64,000 nt of DNA. It comes from Ostrea edulis (taxonomy: Eukaryota). Position numbers and translations under genes: made by a program. The stretch is taken from assembly GCF_947568905.1 (NCBI RefSeq), contig NC_079164.1, positions 108,934,001-108,998,000 on the forward strand, written 5' to 3'. Each line of letters opens with the position of its first letter. The stretch's first letter is position 1. Shown here piece after piece: positions 12,066 to 26,298 of the stretch. Under the pieces are notes generated by a model. The model did no database searches. It was not told the DNA's origin and was given only the letters and a program-made list of their open reading frames with translations.

Positions 12066-15000
12066 ATGGATTTGAAATCTGTAGTTAAAAAACTTCAACA
12101 ATTTGCAGACCCCAATTTAGCAGAATCTTGGGACAATGTTGGTCTGTTGGTCGAACCTACACCCCCTCACGAGGTAAACAAAACTACTGTAGTATAAAAT
12201 CGTTAATAAACATATTAGAAAGTCAAGCTATTGGTCTAAAATACATGTATATCTTGTGGACAACTGCAGGCTTATAGAAATTGTGTCTGGAAAAGGCTAG
12301 TTTGATAAAAGAATTCATAGAGAAGAGTAAAAAACCACTCGGAAAAGTAATCTTAAGTACATTGTTTCATTGTTTATGTAATATCAGTTTAAAATAGTCT
12401 GTCCCAAAATAGTTGTACAATAAATTGGTACAATGTATATTAAGCAATATGTTGAAAACTCCCTATCAAAATTACAAGAAATGTCTTTGTAGTGAACATG
12501 AGTAAAAACAAACCTTAAAGTTTGCTGTTTTACCAAGGAGTGAGATCTCTCACATAGACAGCCATCATTTACTAACAAGCTAAAGGGACTAGATATGATA
12601 TATTTACAGTAAACTTAAGGTGGCGACTAGAGCAAAGAAACATTAACAATGTGAAATTTAAATATGTATCAACAGCTGTATGTAGTCTACACAATATACA
12701 TGATTGTACATGTACAGTCATGAATTTATCAACAGAGCTTCCCTTTGATATGTAGTTTTTCTTAAATATTGACGTTTTTTTCTAATGCATTAAAATTTTA
12801 TCAAATAGTGGCAGGTGTATATTTTTTTTATTCACTGTAGTTAGGATATTTGTACACTATGTGATAACATTGCATGGAAGCAAACTCTTTAAGGAGGAAA
12901 TGCTACACCAGAGAAATTTAATATGGATGAAAAGTGGAGGATGTATACAAAAATATTTTGGAATTTAAAACGTCCAAACCTACTTTAGTTGTCCAAAAAT
13001 GCAGATTTAGTAGAAAGTAGTCTTTAGAAATTTTTTAAAAACCCTGCTGGACTCAAACCCTCAATCTACAGTTCGAACAGCAGTTGACACGCTAACCTAC
13101 TGAGCTAAACAATAAAATCTTAAAGGAATAGACAAATATTGCTGATATTTATATTTTCATTCATGTTTGAAAAGGAAGTCAGCCATTATGACAATGTAGT
13201 ATACATGTAACTCCTTCAAAAAGCCCCCCCCCCCCCCCCCCCCATACACAGAGAGAGAGAGAGAGAGAGACAGAGAGAGAGAGAACAATTGGATATAAAA
13301 ATTTTAGAACAGATAATTCAAAACTATTTGTATCATTTCAACAATAACAAACAGTTATTGATCTCTTGTATCAAAGTCATTTTGGAAAGGTCAAGGTCAC
13401 TCAGGACATATACTTTATATGAGGAAAAAGTTCCTTATTTCAAGTTTTTGAACAGGTATTGATCAAATATCACACAAATAAGTAATAGGCAAATGGCATT
13501 CAGACAAAGGTCACTCAAGGTCATTCTGTAAAGGTCAACATCACTCAGCATCTACCTTATATATTTAAAAAAATTTTTTTTAGCAACATTTCAACACTTA
13601 TTGATCATTGTGTGTCGAGTCATTTGTCATATGAAATAGTTCATTGGTTAGATGCAGTTTGTGACATTCTTCTCAATCAATACTACTCAGTAACTATTTA
13701 AAAAAAAAACCTCCCCTCCCTTCCTGATTCTAAGTGCCAGACATGTTCAATATCAATTGAATTCAACCATTGTTAAAAATCTGAGATAATTCTGATAATT
13801 AGTAAAAGAAAGAAAATCACAAATTGTAATGGAATGTCAAGCTTCAAGTAGCTTCAAATATTGCACATCATGTGTGATCAGAATATTATTATGATTAATA
13901 AAACATCTTCTAATCTGTGTGAAACTAAATTCATAATATTTCATGACTAAAGCATTTTGAAGAAAGTTTTCCAAAAATGTGTTATGTCTGTATGATCATT
14001 GCACATCTGTAATTCTTTCAGGTAAAAAAAATTATGTTGACTAATGATCTGACAGAGGCAGTTTATCAGGAGGCACGGGCGTGGAATGCGAACCTGATTA
14101 TTTCTTATCATCCTCCTATATTTGTGCCAATGAAGAAACTGGTGCAGAGAAACTGGAAGGACAGGATAATTACTGGTTGCATAGAGAACCGTATAGCTAT
14201 ATATTCCCCTCATACAAGCTACGATGCACTAGCCGGAGGAGTTAATGATTGGTTGATACAAGCTTTTGGTGGGTTTTGTATTTTTTTTGGAAAGCTTGAG
14301 AGTTTAGGAAATCTGATATACAGTAAAACATGGTTACAGAGAACATGCTTACATTGAATTCATGCTTACAGAGAACTAAATTTTTATTCCCTGTATATTT
14401 AAAACTTGCTATAAATTCATTATATATAACGAATTATGTGTATAACGAATCAAAATTGATCATCCCCAGCACCTCGCGATATGTGTGTTTTACTGTAACT
14501 TAATTGAAAGTCTAAAACTTTATCTAATCTGTCAATGTTTTTACACTGCAAAATTTCTTTTGTTCAAAAATGCTAAATTCTGTTTCATAGTGTACTGTGT
14601 TCATTAACTTAATTGTTGAAAGAAGTATATTAAGTACATGTATCCTCGCAGTGGAATATGAATGGTTTATTTCAGACACAAAGCGTGTAGGTCCAGTTAC
14701 TGCTTCCCTGATGTCGACAGGTCCCTATACCAAGAAACTACAGATAACAGTCCCAAGTTCTCTACAGGAAGCCATGTTTAAATCTGTCAGTGGGATTCAA
14801 AATACTCTGGCATCTGTTCAGGAAATGTAAGATTTTATGTATTTTATAAAATACTTTGAACTGGTCCAAAGATTCATCGTCTCCCTCCTAGATGTGGAGG
14901 GATATAATGACTTGTCCATTCATTCATATGTCTGTGTGTTTGTATGTCCATGTACCTATTGCTTCAGACTTTTGTACCAGATTAAAGCCACATCTATTGA

Positions 15001-18000
15001 ACTGACAGGAATGTTACTTTGTTAAAAACATCAAGTTTTCAAGATCAAATTTAATATTGAAGATCACGTGTCACTGCCTGGTAGGGAAGTTCCAAAATTT
15101 CTTGTGTTCAAGATTTAAGTTACCTTTCTTTAAAAATACTTGATAATTATGAATATACATGTATGTTCCTGTTTGTTTTCAAGGTCAAATGTAAAATATC
15201 AAGGTCACTAAAAGGGAAATTCTTGAATGGTTTGAGTGCAATATTTATCCAAAGGACTTGGTACGTTTGGGGCCAAATTTGGCCCCGTGTTCAAATTAAA
15301 AGATATACCTTAGAATAGATCACAAATTCTATTAATGGCATATAAATTTCACAAAATGGATGAAACATAGTTTTGCATCTGATAAATGAAGATTATCAAT
15401 TGAAAACCATAGTTAAAGTTTACAAAGTGTAAACTATATATACTTGAAGTTTTTAGCTGAGAAATTATTTTTGACAATGTAAACTGTCATTCACAATTCA
15501 AATAAATTAAATTTATCATTTGTGAATGCAGAGTAGAATTCTTTTGTTTATGAATGTAATTGTTCACTTGTAAATCACAATTGTGAATGCAGAATAGGAT
15601 TCTTTTGTTTATGAATGTAATTGTTCACTTGTAAATCACAATTGTGAATGCGGAATAGGATTTTTTTGTTTATGAATGTAATTGTTCACTTGTAAATCAC
15701 AATTGACATTCATTAACTATAGTTTAGGGTTATTAATCACATTTTTGTACAAATTTGATCAAATAAACTTTATCTTTTACTATTGTGATTTTAATTCATA
15801 AACTGGAGCTAAGCAATAGTTAACAGCTGTAGACTAGGGGTTATAGAGATTATCATTAATTAACATATGTAAATCATGATTCATTGCTACAGCTATGATG
15901 TACATTCACAAACTATAGTTTACAATTTAAGACAATGTCATAAAAAACAGTTTTGTTTTTTAATCATAGACATGCAGGTAAACCTTTGTTATTACACAGG
16001 AATCTCTGGTTTACACTGCAGAAACTATAGTTCACAATTAATAAACATAAAACTAAGTTTCATTCATTATGATCCTTACGTAGAATCAGAGAATTATTGC
16101 TTTGCACTGGTTAGTCGGTATGTTCAGTCTCCCACAGACTGTGCAATGGATAACCGGAGAGCACTTCAACTCACATACTCCATACACTGGTTAGTCGGTA
16201 TGTTCAGTCTCCCACAGACTGCAATGGATAACCGGAGAGCACTTCAACTCACATACTCCATACACTGGTTAGTCGGTATGTTCAGTCTCCCACAGACTGT
16301 GCAATGGATAACCGGAGAGCACTTCAACTCACATACTCCATACGTGTAAGGCTGATACACAAATGATCTCTATTGCTCAGTAAATCAGTATGCTCAAGGT
16401 CACTAAAAGGTCAGACAGATTTTATGTGTCCCCCACATCTTGTGCAATGGATAACTGGAGAATGATTTACCTTACAGACTTCATATTTTCTCCATGTATA
16501 TTTAATTCTTCAGTGTGTAATGCTGTACACAAACTCTTGTTGTGAAATTGATATGCCATATATGCTGGTTGTCAAGATCAAAATTACTTAAAAACAGATT
16601 CTGAAATTCCTTGTGAACAAGATGAGTACATTTCTTTAGCTGATTCATATCAGAATTTTAGGAATTTTACCTTTTCAAGGTCATTTGTAAAGGTCAAAGT
16701 CACTAGAAGGGAAATTTCTTGTTTTAGAATTTTTTTCTACATTTCTTATACATGTGTATCTAAATGAAAAATTTAATTTCAGGTATGTTGGTTTTCAAAT
16801 TCTAATGTAAAAGGCCACAGTCAATGGAAGGGAAATTTCTAAATTCACTGCATACTATTAGCGATTCTGCTACTCAGTTTCAGTTTCACTGGTAGGGATA
16901 CTGTCTTGTACAGTGGTTAGGGAACTTGTTAATATTTAAAATCAAACAAGTCTGTTACATATTAATTTGAGAGCACTTTTGGGAATGTTTCAAACTGTTG
17001 AAAGGAGAATGTCCCACTTTGCAGAACCCTTTTTTGTGAGCGGGATATATTCCATCATTATGAGCGGGATATATTCCATCATTATGAGTGGGATATATTC
17101 CATCATTATGAGCGGGATATATTCCATCATTATGAGTGGGATATATTCCATCATTGTGAGCGGAATATACTCATCGTTGTGAGTGGGATATATTCCATTG
17201 TTGTGAGCAGGATATATTCCATCTTTGTGAGCGGGATATATTCCATCGTTGTGAGCGGGATATATTCCATCGTTGATACACCTTGTTTACTTTGAGACTA
17301 AACAATACATTGTTTATTATTAGGAATATTTCTTAACCCTTGGAAACTATTCCTTGATGATGTTTTGAGACAATGCAAAAATAAAAAATATATCTGATCT
17401 TTTCATCACAGTAAATCACCCTCTACACAATTCTTACATATCAAAATGAGTAAAAAAAAAAAAAAAAAAAAAAAGAATGTGTAAAAGAATAATTTTTAAT
17501 TTAGTTCTCATCTTTAAACTATTTTCAGTACATATAATTTCTATTTCTTTACAGAAACCAAGACTTATCACAGATAACGCTTCTTTGTTCTAATGGTACA
17601 ATACCAGCAATACTTGAGTGTACACAAAGCTTCAGTGACAAAGTTCGAAGCACCGAGCTTTTAGACTTACAGAAAGTAAGAATTGCTGTTAACCTGTCAG
17701 GAAGTAAATCGTCATCTTAGATTTATCAGGCTACACAAATTTTGCTAGAAATAATTAGTTTTTATATGAGTAAATGCCAGAAATAATCTGAGAGAAATGT
17801 ATATTAGCAGCAGAATATATATTCTATGAATGACACCCAAAACCTTGTACAATGTACTACAATAGAAAACAAATGTTGATAGAATTATATTTCCAGAATC
17901 TTTTTGTCTTTTATGTACACACTACATATGTACATTATACAACAATCATTTTATGTTTGATGTAGGCACCCAAACCTGGTTATGGAATGGGCAGGATAGG

Positions 18001-19106
18001 AAAATTGACATCGCCAATTTCTGTCACTGAAGCAGTAGAGAGGGTGAAGAGACATATCGGAATAGGGCATGTCAGGCTTGCTAAAGGTAACAGTATGAAT
18101 TCCTCTTTCAATAAAGTTTCCATGTACTTATTCAATATTGTTCCCCGCTTGAATTAAGTCTACCTCTATTATATATAATGATATGTATATACATGTATAT
18201 ATATAGCACCCTAAAAGGTGTTTCAGATCAAAAGGTTAAGATCTCTGGTTCATAGGGTAAGATATCTCAAATTCTACAAGATGAAGGGTCTCTATCACAA
18301 GAATGACTTCAGTTACATTTTAGGTCTACACTCAAAATCTCACACAAGGTAACAAACTGTTGCTGGATTGTTATTTAGTACTGAAACTTTACAAGAAGAG
18401 TCTTGATAAAATGTATCCCCCTTCTCAAAAAGCACAAATTAGAGTGATATAACTTGAAGTGGTAACATAAATTCACAGAGTTTGTTTCGATATTTTAAAG
18501 TAGGAATCATCCACATTTGAATATTTAGGATAAGATTTTATGACATCATTGTTAACCACTGTATAATTGAAGTATATATAATGAAACAGTCACAAAGAAA
18601 ACAAATTATTGTTCAAGCATTGTTAGGAGCATGTTTCAGTAGAATTGTGCATAAAGAGACATTCCCTGTGATGCCTACACAGTATGGTGAATATATGGGG
18701 GATGATATTCTACAAAGAATATAACTGGTAAAGCTCAGGGTCATCATTAAGGTAAAATGATCAGCCACAACTAAACATGACCATGTTCGGGGGCATTATG
18801 TTTCACAAACATATCTTGTTTTATCTAGGAGTGGGTTGTGAGAGTATTTCTTCAGTGGCCGTCTGTGCTGGATCAGGTGGTAGTGTTTTAAAGAACCTGG
18901 ATGTATCACTCTATGTCACGGGAGAAATGAGTCACCATGAAGTTCTCCATGCAATGCAGTCTGGGATATCTGTCATATTGTGTGACCATAGCAACTCAGA
19001 GCGGGGATTTCTCAAGGTTCTACAGGAAAAACTGACTGGGCTTTTCCAAAGTAAAATTGAATTTCAGGTGTCAAAGTGTGACAGAGACCCATTAGACATT
19101 GTGTGA
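12066..19106 (+). CDS. NIF3L1: NIF3-like protein 1, 341 aa; exons 12066-12173, 14022-14268, 14676-14826, 17555-17675, 17966-18086, 18829-19106
   Basis: Motifs AESWDNVGLLVEP, LTNDLTEAV, SYHPPIF, YSPHTSYDA..GGVNDWL, GYGMGRIG, VAVCAGSGGSVL, YVTGEMSHHEVL and HSNSERGFL. Six exons with consistent phases and GT-AG sites. Confidence 0.95.
12893..13214 (-). mobile_element. TTAA-flanked MITE (Kolobok-like) carrying a tRNA-like segment, copy 1
   Basis: TTAA|GGAGG...CTCC|TTCA. Reverse-complement homolog of 28453-28766. Confidence 0.65.
15520..15710. repeat. 60-bp tandem repeat x3
   Basis: TGTGAATGC...TGTAAATCACAAT repeated at a 60-bp period. Confidence 0.85.
16105..16345. repeat. ~78-bp tandem repeat x3
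   Basis: CACTGGTTAGTCGGTATGTTCAG...CATACTCCATA occurs three times. Confidence 0.9.
17036..17275. repeat. 24-bp minisatellite x~10
   Basis: Unit GAGCGGGATATATTCCATCATTAT. Confidence 0.9.
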
Positions 19107-21668
19107 GCTGTGTATAGTCAATGTACCATTAAATACTTATATATACAGAACTTTTTTGTTGACTAATCCTTTGGAAGAGATTGATATTTAAAACTATGTC
19201 TTCCTTATATATATATCCAGTTTCTGACATTCCTGACTGGATGAAGAATTAAGTCAACCTCTTAATTGGAAATGAATGTATGACTTAAATGCCAACACTG
19301 TTTGGAGGACTTACTTAAATTACACATATTATATGTATCACTTTCAGTACACTGACATCTTTTTATCCCCTTACAATCGAGTTGTAGAGAATATAGTAAT
19401 GTGCAATGGTACCTCTCTGTGTGCACCAGTGATTTACTGCAGGTATAATGCGAATATAAAATGTATTGAGTTTAAAGTGGCAATTTGATATAAATTTGAC
19501 CAGTTGTGAGCTTTGTGGTGCTGTAGTTTCAGCATGGAACTCAAGCATACAAGTACACACTGGGTTATTTCTGGACAATGTTTACTTCAGTTGATAAGCT
19601 TCATTAGATAGAAACTGTGATGTAATTAGCGAGTGCCTGATATACCTACTTAGTCCGCAAATGGATCATAACAACTCCATGCTCAAAGTCTGTTATCAAA
19701 CACCCATTATTTACCTGGTACTGAAAAGTACGATTGCAGCCATCAATGATTTCTCAGGGTTGTCATTAGAGACTGAGGAAATATTTGTCTTATACTCCTA
19801 TTTTATGTAGTTCACATTTAAAAATCAAAAGAATAGTAGTAAAGAGATTTTATTTCATCTTGTAGTTCAGTCCTAACAAATATAAGTTCTTATCATTTCA
19901 TCAATGAAGAACTGGTGTACACAAGTACAGGCATCTTCAGTATCACTCCAAAGGATTCTAAACTCATAATTTGATGCAGTAATAAAACAATTTTAAAATA
20001 CATGTAGCAGTTTTATTAAAATTGCAGCTATAAAGTTTTATGGGCAAATTCAAAGCAGGTTAAGAGTATTTGTACTGTTGATCAGAAAACTGCTTTTCAG
20101 CTATTACAACATCTTATTCATTTTGCCATAACACCAACACAAATTAAAATATCCCATTCCTACAACATAGACTTGACCAGCTTTAAAGTGCAGCACACAC
20201 CGACACAAAACAATAAAACATACTGGCCATTACAATGGTGACTTCGGATTGAGAATACAGGGATAAATTTTATTCAAATGGACAGCATTCAGATCACATA
20301 ATTTTATTAACAAGAAAGCAGATGTGAACATTTTTTCAAGACTATTTTTGAAAGATTGGCACCATCAATTTATATGTGAGAAAAAAAAAATTTGTAGGCA
20401 GTTGATAAAGTACAACGTACAAAAACAATGGAAAATATTTCCAGGAATTAAAATTTTGTAGGTCATAAATTCACAAATCTATGTGAAAATAAAGTCAAAA
20501 GAAACAGGACTGGATATTCCCTATCTTTTTAATTTAGTACATTGTACATTCTAGTTGTAACAATTCACAACTACAAGAGGTACAGTTCTATAACAATTGT
20601 CACATAATTTATTTCCCCTATATCTGATGAGGCTTGATACTCTTTTTAATAATCCTAATTATAAAAGTCTGATCTAAATACTAACTTTTCTTTAACACAA
20701 AATACTAAGTCTATGGACTAGTTATATATACTAGCTAAGGGGATGTTTAAATTACTTTTGCCCAGTTTCACTTCTGTTTTTGGAATAGAAACATACAAAT
20801 CTGAATTTTACGACATGTATGCATAAAGTAAGTTTGAATTACAATTATTTTTTTCTACAAATCTAAATTTTTCAATAATATGCATCCAGAAGATAAGTAC
20901 TATATGGCGTTAAGTCGCACTTTAATTACAACATGTTTACTGTACAATGGACTTTCAAGTACTGTTGATGATGTATTGATATTCATTATAGGAATATTTG
21001 CTGTGATAGTAGATTGTTGGATTAAGTATAAATCAATCAGTAAATTTAATAATGACTAGTTTTAATTAAAAGTTTGGGCTCAGGTGAGCTGATAATTTAA
21101 AAAATCGTGCTGCAAAATGTAGTATATTTACAGTCCCATATCTCATTCTATAAAGCACCTCATCATAATTGTACGTGTTATAAAATATGAACTACTTGTA
21201 ACTCCATTTATGGTCTTTAGTTTTTCACTAAAGTGTGGCATCACAGACATTACTACAATGTCAAGAAAATAACATTTAAAGTTTCAAATAAACCACTATA
21301 CGAATCTGATGTGTCTTCACATTTTCAACAGAACATTTACCTGTAGAAGTAATAAATCTAAAAGATGTATGAAATAACATCTATTATACATAATTGGTAA
21401 GTGCACATTAGTTTTAAAATGAGTATTTTAGAAAAAAAAAGAAGATACACATACATATATATTTTTGCAAGCACATCGGCACTTATGAAACTATGCTGCT
21501 GTTATTAAAGCACCATTTTATGTGAAAAAAAAATTGTAAATAGTGAATGCATATATTGGGTATTGAAGCAGGAATACACATCTTTTTGAAGAAAGGGGGG
21601 GGGGGGTGTGATTTTCTGCTTTTATCTTGTTCTGGACTTCATTCATCGAGTGTCAAAATATTCTAAAA

Positions 21669-23516
21669 CTAAAGTGATGTATTCAACCAATCAAATCGAA
21701 ACACATGACAGCTAGAGCAGACATGGAATTCCTCATCTGACCACGTGATGGTCTTCAGCTTATGTTCTTCATCATGAATTCCCTCGGCAGACTGAGAACA
21801 ATGATAGCCCTCTCTATTCAAATCATAACTCAAACAACTCGGGAGTATGTCCATCACAACATTGGGTAATCCTTTGATACTGTCACTGGGAATATGAAGG
21901 TGATATTTGCCAAAGCAAGACTCAAATGACTTGTATGTTCGGAACTTTCTGTAGTATTGCTTATATACTTGTTTAGAAAACTGCAGATCCCTTGGGATGG
22001 GTTGATTTTTTGTGGTGGCAACCCTGACCACTGAGATGATTGCACCACTCTCTACCACCTGCTCTCTGGCAAGGTCTATCAACTTCTCTTTGACAGCACC
22101 ATAATCCTGAATTTTATCCCGAATGTTCTGTCGAACAACATATTCTGCAAATAGTGGGGGTGAATTTTTTAAGATATCAATCAATGGCGTAATCCCATAA
22201 AACATGGCCTCCTGTAGCACCGCTTCAGAGAGTGAAACTGGTGGCAGATCCCGTTCATTTCTCAGAAAATTTAATATGTAGTTGAAATGTGTGCCATCCC
22301 TATCAATGAAATGGTTCCCATCACTATCCTTATCAATGACGTGTCGTCCACTGAACATCACAGCTAGCATGGAGTCGGGGTACCTCAGTAATGTTGACAA
22401 TCGAGTGGCAAACACTTTTCCTCCAACATTCAAACTAATGACAGATGGAAACTGTAAGGAAAAGAAGAAAAGCCAAATTAATTTTTTTCCCTGTTAGTCT
22501 CCCCATATGAGGATATAAATTATAAACAAATTCAATGAATTTTCCATCACTTTAGGATTTTTTAAACGCCTGTCTTTAGACGGGACGTATTATGATGTCT
22601 ATACAGACATCTGTCCATTTGGGGGTTTTCTGTTTCTATTTTCATTTCTCTGTCACATATTCATCTGAAACTTGTTGTGTACCTTCTTTTTGGGTCACTA
22701 GATCATGGAGCAATTTTGATCTATTTTTGACCTCTCTTGTAGGTTTGCCCTTTTATTTGAAATTTGATGTTAAATAGAAGGTACATGATTGGTTTGGTCA
22801 AGTCCTCCAACAGTTTTCAAGTGAGGAACTTCTTATTTTTCAGAATATCTGTATGGGCATTGAAGATGTGTATGTGGCAAGAATTTTGATTTTCTTCGAT
22901 TTTTGAGAAAATTCATGATTAAACTTAGTCAGTTTTGGAAAAATGTTACATACAAATTATATAGATTTGTCCATCACTCCTCCCACAATTTTTGATTGAT
23001 AACCTTCTTACTTTACAGGGTGTTTGTATGGGTATTGAAGATGTGCATGTGGTAAACATTTTTACTTTCTTCAATTTCTGAGAAAATTACAAGTTGTTAA
23101 ACTTAGTTTATACTTGCCACAGATTTCAGCCATGGGTTCAGTCTCATAAATTACAAAACTCTTTTTGAGGAAATATGTTTGAAAAACTTTGTTGAACTTA
23201 GTAAATTTTGAGGAAATATTTTACACACAGAGCTTTTGGTTTGTTTTTTATCTGCTGTTTTTGTGCCTAAGCTAATTCCGACATTTTATCCATGTGATGC
23301 AAAAGAAAGTATGTATGTTGCAGTTTGCTGATACTACCCAAGTACAGATCTACAATTCATGGCTAGTGTATTAAGTATTAAGGTTAAGTATCAATTAGCA
23401 TGTTTTTGATACTTTTGTTGACTAACTGTACTGTATGTGTGTTACGCCATATATGCATCCATAATGAAGGCAACATATTTTCAATTGTTCGCGGACACCA
23501 ATCGATCTACTGCTAT

Positions 23517-23554
<38 letters not shown>

Positions 23555-24464
23555 TAGTTCAATTTAGATATCAGGATACATTTTATTCACGTTCTTATTT
23601 TTTCGATTTAAGGCCCAATTAAATTTGCACAGGTCAACTTACTCCCAACACAACTGAATCGGGGGTGGGGGGGGTTTACTGCACATTGAAGTGGACGTCG
23701 ATCATGTGTTTTTTCTTTCGCAACTTTTTGTTGTACAGTTGATCGACTGGTGCCGATGTGTTGGTGAAAAGTAGCCAGATTATTTTCTAAATAACAGGTT
23801 CGGAACACTTCCCCATTAGCAAGATCTTCTCGCTAAAACGCGATTATCTCTCTTTAGCAAGAAAGTAAACATTACCAAAAACAGGTGTTTTGGTGTCTTT
23901 TTTTAAAATGATGACAAACTCCATGCAATGCTGAATGACACAGATTGTCTCTCTAAAATTGACGACAAAGTCAAGAAATTTCATATCAAAATTGCTGCGT
24001 AAGAGGGATGGAGTCTGAAATCCAATGCATATCATGAGTGTTTTTGTTTTGATTTATATATTTGCAGAAGTATCAAACATTTTAGCACTTTTTCTTCTTT
24101 TGACGTGAAACACAAAGAGATGTGCTCCACGGGTGGTTTTTCTCGGTTGTACGGGATATATTTACTCTCGCTATACGCGCTAGAGAGGGATAATCGCGTT
24201 TTTGCGAGAATATCTCTCTGTAGGGGAAGTGTTCCCAACCTGAATAATTTAAGTTAATCACCAAAATATATGCAACTGGTTTAGTCTGAATAAAATGTAT
24301 ACTGATATATAAATCGAGCTATTGTAAAATATAATAATAACTTGAAAATGCTACATAGCTTTTGAAAGCTGTATAGCTACTAAATATTAAAAAAAAAAAA
24401 TAAAAAAAAATGCCTGATCACACTGACATAGAAATATACCCACCGAATTGTTGTTGTCAGTCAT
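21669..24464 (-). CDS. BTB/POZ (T1-type) domain KCTD-family protein, ~267 aa; main exon 22451-21669, probable first micro-exon 24464-24444 (MTDNNNS)
   Basis: ISLNVGGKVFATRLSTLLRYPDSMLAVMFSG, FIDRDGTHFNYILNFLR and EAMFYGI are diagnostic of the KCTD BTB domain. Acceptor ccttacag at 22452. The upstream ATG...TCG|gtgggt is phase-compatible, but this micro-exon is inferred. Confidence 0.9.
22560..23260. mobile_element. Pearl/HINE-like (Helentron-associated) element with ~170-bp degenerate core repeats
   Basis: Head ACGCCTGTCTTTAGACGGGACGTATTATG, then repeated GGGYATTGAAGATGTG...AACTTAGT units. Family name comes from recalled bivalve repeat architecture. Confidence 0.45.
23795..24242. mobile_element. 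~450-bp non-autonomous DNA transposon, copy 2 (in KCTD intron)
   Basis: TIRs CAGGTTCGGAACACTTCCCC / GGGGAAGTGTTCCCAACCTG. Internal sequence is collinear with 9830-10269. Flanked by AATAA on both sides. Confidence 0.75.
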
Positions 24465-25499
24465 GCGATATGGATCCATGCTTTATGGCTTATAATATCT
24501 TCTTCGATATTTACTACTACATTATTTCTTTGTTGCCTTACAAAATAAGAGCGCAAACTGGTTAAAAACTCTGTAAAAGATGTTCAGCTGGCGCAGGAGA
24601 AATCCTCCATTGTTGTTGTTTGGATTTTGTGATACAGAATGTCGAACTCGACTAAATTTAAAATAAGTTTTCCAATGAGCCAAAAGTTATGAAAGCGTGG
24701 AAATTTTAAACTTAATTAACAATTGTTAGATCCTAATTATGGTGTAAAATAGGCGGATCCAGGAATTGTGAAGGGGGGGGGGGTCTTTTAGGTACTTTTC
24801 ACAACCTCCACCCCTACCCTATTTACACCCTTTCCTTAATCTTGAGGCGAGGTAGATTTTATACATGAAAATGTTTAGTTTCTTTACTACTTGTTTTCAA
24901 AGTCCTAGTCATTCTAATTGCCATACTCAGATCTGATTTCGCATTGAAATAATAATAATAATAATTGATTCAAGGTTACTCACAAGAGCTCTGGGGTAAA
25001 TGGTGCAAAAGCCCCCAGGCACCTGAAGTGTGGATTGGCTAGCTTATATAATGTACAGTGTACAGTGCATTTTCTTGCAAAATACTATTTTAAAAAGGTA
25101 TTGATTGTCTTAACTATAAAGATCAATTTTCCATAGACAGTTTTAATGGTTTGAATGAGGAGATTTCGTGTTCCAATCTAATTCTGTTATTTTCAAATTC
25201 TTTGTAATTGGTGGAAGATTCATATTGATATTAATTGCCGTTTCATAAGGGTTTGTGTCTAAAAGTGATGGTAATTTTTATTTATTACTGCAAAGTTCAT
25301 TCAGTGAAGAATATGGGGAAAAAGTAAGAAAATTAAGGCAAGCTCAAACGCCAGACTCAATACAAGTGAAACAAAAATCGTAAGTACTGCAAGTGAAAAT
25401 GTCGCTGATGATCATAATAAATCCATCCTAAGTAACTTATCAGCAGCAGCTAATAATGTGTTGTACGGTTCGCCGAACCGTAAGGAGGATGAGGACCTA

Positions 25500-26232
25500 T
25501 AACTTCTGACTCCAAAATAGCCGTCCACCGGATCCATTAATTCTACGAGCAGCCAAAGTTTTAAAACGATAATGGGAACAGTAGCAGAGACTAACCGTAT
25601 ATTGGACTCCGTATTAGGAAAACTCGACAAATTAGACAAATTTCAAAGTGTTCTTGGAAACTTGGTGTCAAAAGTTAACAATTTAGAATCAAAGGTCAAG
25701 ATATTGGAAGTGTCCTCGGAAGAATTTGAACGAGCAATAAATTCTGTATCAAATAAAGTGGACGAGTTAGAACATTTTTGTAGAGGCGGTGAGGTTCTGA
25801 GGAAATCACGTGAGGGCATTGAAGACAAATTAACTGATCTGAGGTGGAGGTGAATAAAAAACAATATCGTTTTTACTGGGGAACGAAAGCAAGGATGAGG
25901 ATGCAGAAGATAAACTAATACAGTTCCTCAGTATGGAGTCAAAGATCGACAAGCACATCGAATATCGAAATGTTCACCGTTTCGGGAAACCCGGGAAAGA
26001 CGGGAAGAGGCCAATCGTTGCCAAATTCCGTTACAACAAGGAAGTGACATGGTTAAAAATCGGGGTTGCATGCTGCACAACACCCCCTATGGTATCCAGG
26101 ATCAGTTACCCCCAGACATGAACCAAAGAAGAAAGCAGTTACTACCTGTTATGCAGCGGTTGCTAGACGAAGGAAACTGTGCTAAACTTGTGAGAGATAA
26201 ACTCCTTGTAAATGGCAAGCTGTATGTACACT

Positions 26233-26255
<23 letters not shown>
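25500..26255 (+). pseudogene. Disrupted LINE ORF1-like (coiled-coil + RRM/CTD) remnant
   Basis: A heptad coiled coil is followed by DLRWR*IKNNIVFTG, VHRFGK...RPIVAKF and QRRKQLLP...KLVRDKLLVNGKLY in three frames. One in-frame stop and at least two frameshifts. Confidence 0.7.
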
Positions 26256-26275
<20 letters not shown>

Positions 26276-26298
26276 CCGATTTAACGATAGAATGCGTC

